The notes under the pieces are model-generated. The model ran no database searches and was not told the origin of the DNA. It saw only the letters and a program-made list of their open reading frames with translations. Positions 1 to 14,772 of a stretch of DNA of 64,000 nt are shown here, piece by piece (the first letter of the stretch is position 1; each line of letters begins with the position of its first letter). The stretch spans positions 397,854,001 through 397,918,000 of the forward strand of contig OZ024740.1 in the NCBI GenBank assembly GCA_964016885.1, written 5' to 3'. The stretch is from Eledone cirrhosa (Eukaryota). Made by a program: the position numbers and the translations under genes.

Positions 1-639
1 AACAAACTTAAACACTAACTAATTCCTCTAAACTCATAACTCATTCATTCTTTTACTTCTTTTCACATTATATCCTTAATAACATTAATATTTTTATTTT
101 AATAATACATATTAATAATTTCTTTTCCTCGTACATATTATTAAACCCTTCAATATACAAACCTTAATTTAATATTATTCTTAATCCCTTTTTCTCTTCA
201 TGCATAAACCTCATTAACTTTTAATTTCAAATTCTTTTAAATTATCTATTATCCTCCAACGGCTTTTTAACTTCTCTCTGTGAGACAATATATATTTTTT
301 TCTCAGTTGTAAAGGCTATCTCTCTCTCTCTATCACCCACCCATCTCTCCTCCTCTCTCATCCTTTCTTCTTATACTCCTCCCCTACCATTCTTTACTCT
401 CATCTCCTCCTCTTCCTTACCTTTTCCAATCCCCCCTCACTTTTTCCCAATCTCATACATCAATCTTAAATTATTTTTCATATGTTGATTTAAAACTTCA
501 CTATTCACAAGTTTTTTTTAAGCTTCATATCATGTATCCCTATTTTATCTGATGAAAACGCAGATATCATCCCATGATGATATTTGTTTTTGAAATGCGC
601 ATAATAAAATACTTGGAACTCTTTTAACCATCTTTTGAT

Positions 640-693
<54 letters not shown>

Positions 694-1591
694 GTAAAAA
701 AAAAAAAAGACATTGTTTGTAATAGAAGCATGCAACATGTTTTGATTTAGTTAATGCTTCTATATCGACTAGAGAATCTTTTGACTGGAGCATGAATACT
801 CTGTTGGTGACTTTGTACAGTAGTAAATAGAGGTACATCCTTTTTTTGTGTGTGATTTTAAAAGACAAAAATGGAAACATTGTGTTTTTAAAAGACAAAA
901 ATAGAAACATTATTGAAAATACAACGTTTGGAAGACAATAAACATACATGATTAAAAGAAAATATTTTAAAAAATAGATACAACAGTCGTTTTTTTCAGG
1001 CGAAAGAAATTGTACTATTACTGAGTGACACAATGACTGTTGTTGTTTAGTCCAGATCAACCCTGATCAAGAACAGCAATGGTCAACGACAGTCATTCCG
1101 TGTTTTATTGAAACACATTGTTTTTTTAAAAACTACATTAACCAATATGACCAGGATCAGAATTGAGAAGAGATCTGGTTGTTATTCATGTATTTACTCC
1201 ACATACATAAACATAATTATCATTATAACAATGTGGTATTTTCCTTCAAGTGATTGTTCATTTACTCAAATATTGAGCCGAAACAATTTTGCATGGCAAA
1301 TTATATAAAGAAGAACGTTTATTTATTTAGTTTTGCTCCTGTTCATAATCAGCATGACTTTAGCAAATGTTCTACTGGAACGGTGATGATGTTCATGATT
1401 AGGATGCTGAAAATGTCCATGATTATGAAATTACTTTTGTATTAAGTCATCAGCATAACTTCTGGAATGTTCCAGATGCTTAATTTTAGAAGAAAATAAT
1501 TAAATATATTAGCTTTGGTCAGGATATTGCACATCTCATTTTTTTTATTGCTGTTTACCACGATTACATGCGTGTTATCAGTATTTACTTC

Positions 1592-1659
<68 letters not shown>

Positions 1660-1704
1660 TCTCTCACACACTCACTCATGTAAGTATGTATTTATGTATG
1701 TATA

Positions 1705-1744
<40 letters not shown>

Positions 1745-2121
1745 TATATACATGCCTCATAAACCTTCATATATACACGCAAGAAAAAAAAAATGCATAT
1801 GTATACTCAATCACGCATATATGCATTTGTACATATTGCATTGTACAGGAAACATATCTAGTTTCATTGTTAAGCGAGATCTTGAAATTAGGTGCTATTT
1901 TTTCCGGGCAGGTATAAGGCTCCCGATGTAAACAGGAAGGGGGAATGGGAAGTTGTAGTGGGTATGCTTTTGCCGTTGGCATTGTTAGGGCAAATGAAGT
2001 GAACTAGCTTTAACCAGGTGTCGAAACCGGCTCATTGACGGACTTGGTTGGCAAGTTACTTTTTACTTTTAGCAGCTCACAACAGACTAGGCGATAATAT
2101 TATTCTTTTTATATTAAGATT

Positions 2122-3182
2122 CTATCGTACCAGCCGATGACAATTACTTTCTTCGTGTTTAGAAAGCAGAGACATCCTCGAGAAAGTTTTTGTACATGCT
2201 TTACAGCTGTATTTTTTCACATCAGAATGTGTTTGGAAATGAGCTCTGAGATTTGATCTGTCAGCAAAGGCTCGGCCACAATGAGTACATTTGAAAGGTT
2301 TTTCACCAGTATGTGTCCTTATGTGACCCTGCAGTAGCCATGGCCTAGAAAAGGCTTTGCCACATACTTTACATTTGCATGGAAGTGTATGAGTTCGAAT
2401 GTGCATTTTCAGTGCACCAAGGGACAAGTAAGTCTTGTTACAGTATTTACAATTGAATTCTTTTTTCACTTGTGTGTTGCAGTGATACTGTTTGTGTCTT
2501 GAGAGACCACTTAATGTAGAATAGCTTTTGTTGCATGCCTCACAAACAAAGCGGGATGTCAATTCACTGTCAGAGCTATTGCGTGCTTTTCTTTTCTCTA
2601 CGGAAACAGCTGAGTCGATACTACGTGGCGAATGTTCAAGTGAAGATGTTGGAGACATGTTCATTAGTAATAGATCCAAGTGCTGCTGAGAGAGCTTCGC
2701 ATCGAAATCATATCGATCAATTCGTTTGTTTTCCGGAAACAATCGATCAGGACTCGGCGTTAAACGCGAGAAACACGGAGTGTTGTGATGTTGCACAGCA
2801 CTGGGAATGATTGGAAGGCAAGGTATAAAGTGAGAGCGCCGATATAGGGTTGCGTCTTGTTTGTAGAGATGTAGTGGGAAATGGGGATCGTTTGGAGAAG
2901 TTATAGGTGGGAGTGTTGGAAGTGAACAGTGTGTTGGCACATAGCCTGGTGGGCTTGGATGATGATGTAACGAATGGGGTGGTAACAAAGTCTGTGTCGG
3001 CCATCCTGGCAAGTCAAGTTGGCGTGGTGCTTGGGAGGGACTGGCACTTGGTGAGTGGTTTGAATGAGGCAGATCAATGACACAAGGCTGACATGGACTC
3101 AGCTTCTCTTTGGTGATTGGAGCTATCACATGTTGAGGTACACGGTGGCAGTTAGCATCCAAACAGTTCAATTCCAAAGTAA
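2122..3182 (-). CDS. snail: Snail-family zinc-finger transcription factor, coding exon 2 (Pro/Ser/His-rich region plus 5 zinc fingers)
   Basis: ORF ends in five tandem fingers: [84 protein letters not shown] and a C2HC finger [22 protein letters not shown], diagnostic of Snail/Slug. Acceptor tctttttttgttttctAG|TT at 3184-3183 with a CTAAT branch-point motif at about 3205-3209; phase 1. Confidence 0.95.
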
Positions 3183-3800
3183 CTAGAAAACAAAAAAAGA
3201 TTCAATTAGTTTAGGCTCAACATAAAGGGAGAATAAAAACACACACACACACACGCAGAAATAATAGCAACCGAAACAGCAAAAACAACAACAAAAACAA
3301 CAACAACAGCAACGTAGAATAAAGTATCTACAAAAGAAATTGAGAAACATTCCAAAATATATAGATGTGGAAATAGAGATAGCCAGAATGTGGGATTGAA
3401 AATAAATAAAAACCTATTATAATTGTTTCATTAAAAAATGATTAAAAGAATTTATTTTTTTTGTCGATCGACTTTCGTCAAATCGGACCGAGAAAATAAT
3501 GTTTCCGTTGGTCAATTGCTAATACTATCTATCGGTTGCAACTCCAGGTAGAAGGAGTAACGTGAAATAAAGTGTCTTGCTCCATGACAAAACGCATCCC
3601 CCGGTCCAGGAAACGAACTGACAACCTCACGATTGCGAATCCAGTTCTCTAATCTATCAGCCACACGCCTTCAATGAAAGAAATAACGATAAATATATAA
3701 CCAAATCACCTGTTCTGACACAATATCTAATGGAATGGACCTCCGTCGGTTTCGTGTTAAAGTTATTCAATCAACGTATCAACCTGCTCCTGATGATAAT

Positions 3801-3933
3801 GATTTCTACTACAGGCACAAGGCCAGCAATTTTGGGGGAGAGGAAAGTCGATTAAATCGATCCCAGTGTATTACTGGTGCTTTATTTTATCGACCCCGTA
3901 AGGATAAAAGGCATGGCTAAGTTCGGCGGGATT
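3801..3933 (-). mobile_element. SINE family A, partial (long-form)
   Basis: Reverse complement of the SINE body and tail, including the gtcgattaaatcga segment. Confidence 0.8.
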
Positions 3934-4875
3934 ATGTGCAAACGGTTGAGTATTCCACACATGTAGGAGATTCAGCATGACATCGTATGTGACAAGGATA
4001 AACATTTGAAATACATTAATAATGATGATGGTGATGCACGTTGTTATTAGTGACATGGAATACATTGTTACTTTACTGTTGCCGTGGTTGTGTAGCCCAG
4101 ATCGAGCAAACCTCTGCGTGTCCTGTCGTTCGAACGTCGGGTAATGTGCTTCGCGGTATTTGTTCCGGACCTCTGTGCACTGGGAAATATATCCAGGTTA
4201 AACCGGCCCTCTGTGCTCTGGGATATATATCCAGGTAAACTTTTCCTTTCGAGGCCGATAAATAAAGTACCAGTCTTGTACTGGAGTCGATTCTCCCTCC
4301 ATGCCTCTTTCTTTTTATGTCTCTCTTTAGCTGAAAGAAATCGGCTGCGGTCAGGCCTGGAGAGAGATATGCCTCTCCAGGTTTAAATGCTCAAGACACG
4401 CCATATATCACTACGGCGCCCCTACGAGTTAAAGGCTCATGGCATGACTACATTATCTAAGGTGACATTTCCTCATTTTATATGATAGGGCGTGGTTTGA
4501 AGCAAATTTGGTTGCTATTTCTAGCAAGCCGATCGACCATGTAGAGGCTTTTTTCATTTTCTTTGTTGTTTCGATCGAAGTCAAATACATCCCAGTCGTG
4601 ACCATCTCATTTTCTCAGACAAAATGTATCTAGGACTGCATTATGAATTTATCTTTTTCCTTATTTTAGATGATATGGTGTAAATTGAAGAATATTTGGC
4701 TGCTATTTCCTGCTGTTTGAGCTACCATGCACAAGTTGGTTAAAAAAATGTTGTGTGACTGGGGGGGGGGTTAATAGGGTAGAGTGTGGGTTGGATCGTC
4801 TTGTTTTTAAAATTCACTTCTTGCACTTCTCCCTCCCCCCCTCTCTCTCTATCTGTCTATCTACCAATCAACCCA

Positions 4876-4911
<36 letters not shown>

Positions 4912-4916
4912 GCTGT

Positions 4917-4949
<33 letters not shown>

Positions 4950-4951
4950 AC

Positions 4952-5299
4952 CATTGAAGAAGAATCAGGATGGAGAGGTGCTGTACCCTAGAAAAGTTTA
5001 TAAAAGGTGGGTGAATGTGGCAAAGATGGCCCGAGTGGTTGGGCCTTCTCTCTATATAAGCCTGTAGGTTGAGGAAAAAGAGGAAGAGAGGAAGGGAGTA
5101 CTCACTCTTGGTGCTCCTAGAGATGAGGGTTGTACATTTTTTCGGGGTGTGTACAACCCCTGTGTAACACCTCCCCCCTATTGGGGATATCAATTGTTAT
5201 TTGTTATTTTATTAATAGTTTTATTTTTTATATACCTGTATGTAAACTCCCCATTTGTATTTGTCCCCTTCTTTTGTGCCCTTGTGGCTAATAAAGAAA
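4952..5299 (+). mobile_element. Third, heavily 5'-truncated Tx1-type LINE copy (ORF2 end plus 3' UTR), inside the snail intron
   Basis: gaagaagaatcaggatggag...gggccttctctctatat..gcctgtaggttgaggaaaa...tttgtatttgtccccttcttttgtgccc..gtggctaataaagaaa matches 55305-55656; preceded and followed by TCTA units. Confidence 0.88.
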
Positions 5300-5559
5300 T
5301 TTATCTATCCAACCATTTATACATTCTTCCCTCCCACCGTCCATTCACTCACCTATTCAGTAATGCCCACCCCTCGTTCCTCATTAGATGAGAGGCACGC
5401 GACAGCAGGATACAGTAGGTAGTAAAAAATAGTAAATAATTGAAGACATGAAAGTAACCCCGAACGGAAATGTCAGGCACAGAAGCATAGCATGCGTCTC
5501 CTCCTCGCTCTCACTCAGCCCCCCTCCCTCTCTCACTCTCTCTCTCTATATATATGTAT

Positions 5560-5597
<38 letters not shown>

Positions 5598-5876
5598 GTA
5601 GTTCCACAACAGTTAGTTCGCCATACTCTCTAGTTTGTCTCTTCGTCTATTTACTGATCTATATGTCTGCCATGCTCTGCTCTTTGCTTCACACATCTTC
5701 ATATACAGGCACACTTACAGGCAATTAAACAAACAAATCCACGGGAGAGCTTCTGCGCGGTCTTTGGACATGCTAGAGTTATCAACCAAATCTCCCTAAA
5801 ATCTCACCCTAACATCTCTACTAAATAAGTAAAAATGCATTGGATAATGAAATCCTAGTCATGCATATCTAATCTT

Positions 5877-6066
5877 GTGGATTGGCAGTATCAGTAGAGC
5901 GTCGAACAACATGCTTTGCAGCATAGAGTTACGGCCCTTTACGGTTCGAGTTCAAATCCCGCCGAGGTTAACTATGCCTTTCATCCTTACGGGGTCGATA
6001 AAATAAAGTACCAGTAATGCACTGGGATAATTGCTGGCCTTGTGCCAAAAGTAGAAACAGTTATTA
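5877..6066 (+). mobile_element. tRNA-derived SINE family A, full length
   Basis: A-box-like tggcagtatcagtag, B box gagttcaaatccc, body gccgaggttaact.tgcctttcatccttacggggtcgataaaataaagtaccag, tail gctggccttgtgcc.aaagtagaaaca.ttatt; many copies in the window. Confidence 0.85.
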
Positions 6067-6327
6067 TACATACATACATTTTCTCCTAGAATGATGTCCT
6101 AACGAGAACTAGGGGTCTCTCATTCCCGGTGGGCTAACTGCGTGCTCGGGCACTTACATACACGATGGCTGCAAACTCTGCTAAGAGTATTGCAATCGCT
6201 TGTCAGATTACAGAAAATTGTGCACTTTTAGGCTACGGCCAGCCACACGAACCTGTAACATAACCTGAACAAGCAATGCCTGTGCTTTGAAGGTTTTTTT
6301 AAGTGGGGAAAGGCCTTACACTTGACT

Positions 6328-6358
<31 letters not shown>

Positions 6359-6393
6359 CATACATACACACACAGACACACACCCACACACAA

Positions 6394-6429
<36 letters not shown>

Positions 6430-6504
6430 GTCTGTAAAAGGTAAACAGAAATAACAACACAATCAGTACAGTATATGGAAGGGATATATTAAATAAGAAG
6501 AGGG

Positions 6505-6540
6505 TCTTAACGTTTCGGACGCTAGTCTTTCATCAGAAGA
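6505..6540 (-). ncRNA. Minimal type I hammerhead ribozyme motif (Penelope-like)
   Basis: Minus strand reads tctt-CTGATGA-aa gac tagc gtc c-GAAA-cg-TT-aaga: stem I tctt/aaga, stem II gac/gtc, palindromic AACGTT in place of stem III. Confidence 0.6.
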
Positions 6541-7059
6541 AAGAATGAGAAATAAGATAGATTGAGGGGACGGGCGGTTTATATATATATATATATATAT
6601 GGTGGGAGATATCGGAATATTGAACAAGTGGCAAGAGGACAGTAAATCTGTTGAACACTTCTATAGTTACTTCATAACGATGTGACACAAGACTATATTG
6701 GGATATCTCTCGGTTTCACGTGGAAATCGTGCCGAAAACGGTGTCAAAACTACACCATAGCCGAAACTGTGTTTCTTCAGATTCAAATGTTTACAAACTT
6801 AGTGTCTCTCTCCTTCATTCTCTCACTCATACTTTCCAACTCTCGTGATCTTTCACACATTTTTGTACATACATATTATAAACATAATGGCTCTAAAGTG
6901 ACGTATTTTCTACCACTGTATTTCTAAAACCATTAATGAAATCAATAGGTAACTAACACACACACATATATAACCCCCCCCCCCACTCTCAAGCGTGAAC
7001 CTAATACCAATACTGTTCGTACTGCACTCTTTGTTATTGTTTTTGTTTCTTGTTTTTTA

Positions 7060-7094
<35 letters not shown>

Positions 7095-7193
7095 ACTGTC
7101 ATATATATATATATTGTTACTGTCATATATTTTTACTGTCATTTCTATAATACGAAGAGGGTGTTTAACTCCAACACGCTCCAGTATTCTAAT

Positions 7194-7282
<89 letters not shown>

Positions 7283-7514
7283 AACAGGAACAGTACAAGA
7301 TATAATGGAAGTTGTGAAAATGTGTATGTCATATAAACATATACACATGTGCCTTATTTACACATTTCTCTGTAAGCTGAAACAGAACCTGACTCCAGTT
7401 TCACTCGTTCCAGTTCACAGAGTATTACGCAACTAATGGCATTATAAGCTCACCAAATATACTAGTATAGGCGAACGGGAGGTTACAGTTTGCATATTAC
7501 TAGTACATACATTG

Positions 7515-7709
7515 CAGACCTGCCAATCTCTAAAACCCCAAACGGGGAGTACCGTGAAAAAGAAGTGCCCTAAAACGGGGAAAAATGAGGGAAAATGGAG
7601 AGATTTTACATAATGAAAGCTATACCTATTTTCACAAGAGGAGACATCTCTCGCCTACCCCAAAGTGGATGGGTGATCTCCCCGTCGGACGGGAGAGTTT
7701 GCAGGTCTG
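7515..7709. mobile_element. 195-bp MITE with terminal inverted repeats and 6-bp target-site duplication (hAT-like)
   Basis: TIRs cagacctgccaatctct / agagtttgcaggtctg; ACATTG directly on both sides (7509-7514, 7710-7715). Confidence 0.75.
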
Positions 7710-8399
7710 ACATTGGTAGTCAATTCAATCATCATGGATGCAGCATGGTTAACAGATTAAGAAGTTCGCTTCCCAATCATTAAGGCCCATGTTTGGTATC
7801 TTTGGAAAAGTATCATTGATCATAGTCTTGTGTCATGAAGTGATATTGGATAGATGGAAACTGTTTGGAAGCTTATCGGATGGATTGTACCTGTAACTCA
7901 AAGGACCAGTCTTGTCATACATTGTGTCAAGCTGAATTTCCTTGAGATATATGCTAAGGGTACATGTGCTGATGAAATGCTCAGCCATTCGCATGCTAAT
8001 TCCACGAGCAGGCTGTTCCGTTGATCGAAGAATTGAAACATTCATCGTCGAAACCGACGGAGACCCATTCTAATTAAATCGTATGTTAAATTGTCTATTA
8101 AGCAACTGAAATATAAATCCATTTGTTACGTATTATTCTGCGGATTGAAAGGTGTATACAATTTCTAAGGTTGGGCCCAGTCAGGTTCTTTCTTTTTCAG
8201 TCAACGATGAAGTATGTAAATATGTCATGTTTACAAAATTACATACATCAATGCTTTTTTTGGTACTCCTTTACGCAGTACACAACTCCGGTTAAATATC
8301 TCACTAATTCTGCACACACACACACATTTATATATATGTTCCACTTCCTCCAAGCGTGAATCTAATATAACTGTATAATTTTGCCTCCTGTGTTTTGTT

Positions 8400-9003
8400 T
8401 GTTTAATTTAGTAACTATATGGGCATGTGGTTAGAAAGTCTCAAGAAAGAATCGCTGGACAGATTTTACGGGCAAAACCAACCGGCAGGAGACGAAGGGG
8501 TGACCGCGACCAAGATCTTTGGATAATATCCATTAGCTTGGCTGGTCACGCTTAGGAATCCAGCCGGATCAATTCGAGACGATTGCTTCTGACATGACTC
8601 GCTGGAAGGAGTGTTTGTGGACTCTACCCCAACGACCCTGCCGGGAATATGTGGGTGTAAAAGGAAATGTACACATTGCTCCAAGCGCGATATCGAGGTA
8701 GCTGTGAAATCACCACAACTTAAAATATTCACAGCGGGACTAAATATAAGTTTATTATACATAAACATATTGCATATGTTAATATACGCTTTTATATCTG
8801 ATGAGAATAAGACAGTTCTAGTCATGTAGAAGTCATTTCTATACGAAATAAACCATACATCCATCCATACGCACGCACTCATGTATATATATAGGAAAAG
8901 ATTCAGGACCCCGACGGCTGAGCTCCGGCCGTTTCGACAGCTAGATACGCTAAGTATCGAGTACTCTGATGCGTTATGGTCCATCTAGTTTTTTACCACA
9001 CTT

Positions 9004-9005
<2 letters not shown>
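8400..9005. mobile_element. Probable Penelope-like element remnants
   Basis: Contains a decayed copy of the 47833 hammerhead (8798-8834) and, on the minus strand, a hammerhead 3' half GAAAcggc..gagctc..gccgTCgggg (about 8905-8945). Shares ggaccataacgca..agtactc.atact with 23019-23050 and, partly, with about 25368-25390; abuts (TA)n. Confidence 0.5.
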
Positions 9006-10005
<1,000 letters not shown>

Positions 10006-10224
10006 TAATTTTCACGTTGTCTTTGTGTAGGGTTATCACTTTTGTGATTGGTGCAAAACAACACACCTGCTCCGAACAATGAATAAAATAAATGATGCTA
10101 AAGAAGATGGCGGGGGACGGTGGGGTTACAGTTTGATTGTAGTGGGGAAAGAAGGACTCGTTGGACGGAGGAAGTAAAAATATGACAGCGAAGGAAGGTA
10201 AGAGAGGAGATAGAGAGAGAGGGA

Positions 10225-10303
<79 letters not shown>

Positions 10304-10353
10304 TGAGAAAGAAATAAGGCTTGTGAAGGAAGGAGGGAGTGAAGGTACACACG

Positions 10354-10405
<52 letters not shown>

Positions 10406-10417
10406 TATTATATATTA

Positions 10418-10552
10418 TTACGGCCCTTGCCATTCTGAGTTCAAATCCCGCCGAGGTTAACTTTGCCTTTCATCCTTACGGGGTCGATAAAATAAGGTAC
10501 CAGTAATGCACTGAGATAATTGCTGGCCTTGTGCCAAAAAGTAGAAACAATT
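10418..10552 (+). mobile_element. SINE family A, 5'-truncated
   Basis: B box through tail match 5930-6066. Confidence 0.8.
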
Positions 10553-10563
10553 ATATATATATG

Positions 10564-10601
<38 letters not shown>

Positions 10602-10796
10602 CATATATATATATATATACATATATGCAGAAGTTATATTTAATTTGTTGGGATTCCAACAAACTTAAAAGTTTATAACTGATATAGAGCACTCAACAGT
10701 TTACTGGAGTAAATATTCAATATATTAACAAATAGAAACTATATTTATAAAACCATAATTATTTTATTATATATATTTCAAGGGCAACCATATATA

Positions 10797-10871
<75 letters not shown>

Positions 10872-11070
10872 AAATTAAGATAAATTAAATGAATTCAATT
10901 TAAATCGAAATTGTGGGTGTCATGCCTTAACGGCGTGCGCCATATCGCCCGGAAAATAAGCTCAAAGACTTTGTAGGTGCGAGCAGCATTTTATAATAAC
11001 TAGAAATTGATTATCTCCTGTGATTATTCATGTTTATATTTATTTATATATATGTTGATCAATTTCTAGT

Positions 11071-11130
<60 letters not shown>

Positions 11131-13029
11131 CAGATAGAGATAGAGAGTGGGGAAAAAGAGAGAGAAAGTGGAAGAGAGAGAGAGAGTGGGATCGTAATAG
11201 TGAGAGAGTGAAAGGACGGAAAGAAAGGCACGGGGAAAAATAAAGAAAAGGTAAGAAAAGGAAACGATTTGAAGGAAAAAATGGAGGCAGAAAACAGAAA
11301 TGGATGAAGAAAGAAAAGGGAAAGAAAATACCTGCGAAGAGAAAAGATAAGAAAAAGAATCAGTACAGAAATTTAGGGCGAGATTGAACTCAGAAACATG
11401 GCAACGATACTGCCTCTACGTGGTCGTTAAACCTGCTTGATGAGGTAACTTTTATATGTTACTTTCGTACGTCTTGGAAAGGTCGTTTTAGCGATTCAAA
11501 ACACACAAAAACTGCTAAATTCACTTTGTATTTATCATTTACTTTTTAGTGTCAAAATAGAACTTTGAAACTGTCAGTGACCAGTTAACAAACTGCGGCG
11601 AAAATGTTGACATTAAAAAGAAAATGATATATGTAAAGTAAATTTAACAGGTTTTATGTGTTGTTTTTGAATGATGCAATTGCTTTAATTTCTCAGATCA
11701 AGTCACTTGCCAAACAAGTACAATTCCAAAATTAGACAATATAATCCTAGATACACAAGGCTCGAAAGAAGAACAAGACGGAGGCATATATTTATTCTTT
11801 GCAGACTCTCCGAGACATTGATGCTGTTGACATTCTAGTCTGCGCCTGTAATAAAGTCATGAGTAAAGAAAGAGTTCCAGGGAGCCGTTGTTCTGGGGTG
11901 GAAGGACAGTGTGGATTGGTTAGTGTAGGGTGTGGAGGGTTGAGTACGGTAAGGACCTCCTTCGGTTACAAATGACCATATGGTTTGTACCTAAAAAGTT
12001 CCCTTTTGAGGCTCGAGCAAAGTGTTTTTTGGAAGGCCAGCAGTCGCCCATGCATGCTAGTCTCCTCTTCCCACGTCACTGAAGTTATCCAAGGGAAAGG
12101 GAAATGCCGATACAGCTTGGCACCAGAGACTTCGCAACTCATTTTTTTAGCTGAATGAATTGGAGGAACGTAAAATAAAGTCTGTTGGTCAGGGACACAG
12201 CGCACCACCCACTCTGGTAATCGAACTCATAACCTCACGATAGTGTGCCTAATGTTTTCAATATGAGGTCATGAGAAGAAGAAAGTCGAATGAGTCAGTC
12301 TGAGCTATGTTAATGATGTGCGTTTTCCATGAGAAATTTTCAATAATTGTGAGACCTAGCACATTTGGAGCAATCACAATGTGAACAGTGCGTATGTATG
12401 TATTTTTTCTTTTTGAAGATGACAAAATTGGCATAATCCCGAGAGTGGATACTTTCGAGATCTTTGTTCAAGAAGTCGATGCAAGTTTGGCGTGAAATGT
12501 TGTCAATGACGTTCGGTTGGAAACAAATATGAAAGAATGAAGAGTGGTATCACCTGCAAGAGTAGGTGTTGTTGGGCGTGATAGAAATAAGTCATTGATG
12601 TATAGAAGGAAGACTCGAACTCTGATGTACACCAGAGTTAATACAGTATAGAGTAGAGAGAAAACATCGTCAGTACTCTGCATAGAAAACTACCAAGTCA
12701 AGATATGAGAAGCATATGAAACCCATAGACGGGCAGTTCTGACAGCAAATTCGCGTACCAGACACGAATAAAGGCTTTGCTGATGTAAGGGCAACGACAT
12801 TGTTTTCATAAGGGTCCTAATGAGTCAGATAGGAGTGTAGCATTAAAAAAAAAAAAAATACGATAGTCATTGGTGCATTTAATCACAGGTCTGCTGTATT
12901 AGAGCTAACTTTGGGTTAAGCAGCAACAACAACACACATACGTGCACATACACATGCGCATTCACACACACATTCCGCATCACTGAAGACAGAAATTTTA
13001 TAATTCGCTTGTATCAAGGTTTTGACAAT

Positions 13030-13192
13030 AATAATTTCTACTATAGGTACAAGGCCGGTAATTTGAGGGGAGGGGAAAGTCGATTAAATCGACTCCAGTG
13101 TGTAACTGGTACTTTATTTTATCGACCCCGTAAGGATGAAATCATACGTAAAGGGCCGTAACTCTATGTCCGACGCTTACCGATAGTCCCAA
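13030..13192 (-). mobile_element. SINE family A, internally deleted (long-form)
   Basis: Tail, body and head fragments in reverse orientation. Confidence 0.7.
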
Positions 13193-14064
13193 TTTATCCA
13201 TGGACATTCCACGTTGTATGTTCTTATTGTTATTTTTATGCTTATATTTATAAATCCTCATAAAATAATTTCATTATGCTAAAGATTTCGACCAGGACTT
13301 CGATTTTATTGCGTAATTAAGGTAAGAGTAACATTCCAACATGTTTCATTAGGTTCGGTTATGTTTTGATTTCATAACATAGTTGAAGTTGTTTAAACAT
13401 TCGAATCTATTTCTTTACTTTTAAGATATCGATTGCATCTATGATTATGTCTATGAAGGAGTGTGGCTTAGTAGTCACAGAGTTGGGTTCGCAATCGTGA
13501 GGCTGCGAGTTCAATTCTCAAATCAGGTGATACGTTGTGTCCATGAGCAAGACACTTTATTTCACGCTGTTCCTTCTGCCAGGAGTTGTGATCGGTAGAA
13601 AGTATCAGCAATGGAAACATTGTTTCCTTGGTCCGATTTGACGAGATCCACCCCAACGGGCAAGTAAATGAGGTCTGGGATCTTGTCGAACGATTAGAGC
13701 GAGCTATGATTTAGTTACATAGTTAAGCTCGCTGAAAGTGTAACGCTGAAACACATATCGTGACAAACTGAATAATATTATAGATGAATCTCCACATCAC
13801 CTTCAAGCCATCTCTGCACTTTAAATTCATAGAATTTGTATTTCAATGTAAATGTTGGAAGATGAAGACGATACTGAATGTAGCTAGTGAGAATTATCAA
13901 CAATCTCAATCATATTCTTTTGCTGGAGCACCGCCTTGATTAAGTCGATCATATAGACCTCAGTACTTATTATTTCAAGACTGGTACGTGTTTTTATCAA
14001 TCTCTTTTTTGGTCGAACTGCTAAGTTATGGAACATGAACACAAATACAGACACAAACAAACAA

Positions 14065-14144
<80 letters not shown>

Positions 14145-14307
14145 GTATATATAGTTTCTACCAAATTCGAATGATCAATCCGATGAAGACATTTGCCCAA
14201 GGAGCCGCGCAGAAGGAATAAAGTTGGAACCATATGGTCGCGAATCAAAGCAGACTCCTTCAGTATACAACCATTCCTGCCCCTGCACATACTATTACAT
14301 GCATACA

Positions 14308-14338
<31 letters not shown>

Positions 14339-14339
<1 letters not shown>

Positions 14340-14591
14340 CGGTGGCTGCCAACTCGTTTTCGAGTACGGCCACTACTTTATATCCATGTAGGAGAACCCC
14401 TACTGATGCGCTGAACGAGTGTGACTTTTTAGTCCAGCCAGCGACTTGAAAACTCTGGTACAAACACTACACTTGTGACAATTATTGACACATAGTGCTG
14501 TGTCCATGGTACCATGTGATGACAAGTGTAGAGAGATCTCCAGATATAAAGCAATGCCTGTGCCGTGAAGCTTTTATAGTGAGCAAAGGCA
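14339..14591 (-). mobile_element. LINE 3'-end fragment (RTE-like) embedded in (CATA)n
   Basis: Near-identical to 49370-49600 in reverse; encodes CHKCSVCTRVFKSLAGLKSH. Confidence 0.6.
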
Positions 14592-14772
14592 TACATACAT
14601 ACATACATACATACATACATACATACATACATACATACATACATACATACATACATACATACATACATACATGCATATATACATACATGGTTGAAGGAAA
14701 GTATTTCATGGGTGCATTCTCCATACTAAATACATATACAGGTCTTACATATCTAATATACTAACTACTATG

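Noticed and set aside
5877-5965. tRNA gene (A and B boxes)
   Set aside because: No cloverleaf; it is the head of a multicopy SINE.
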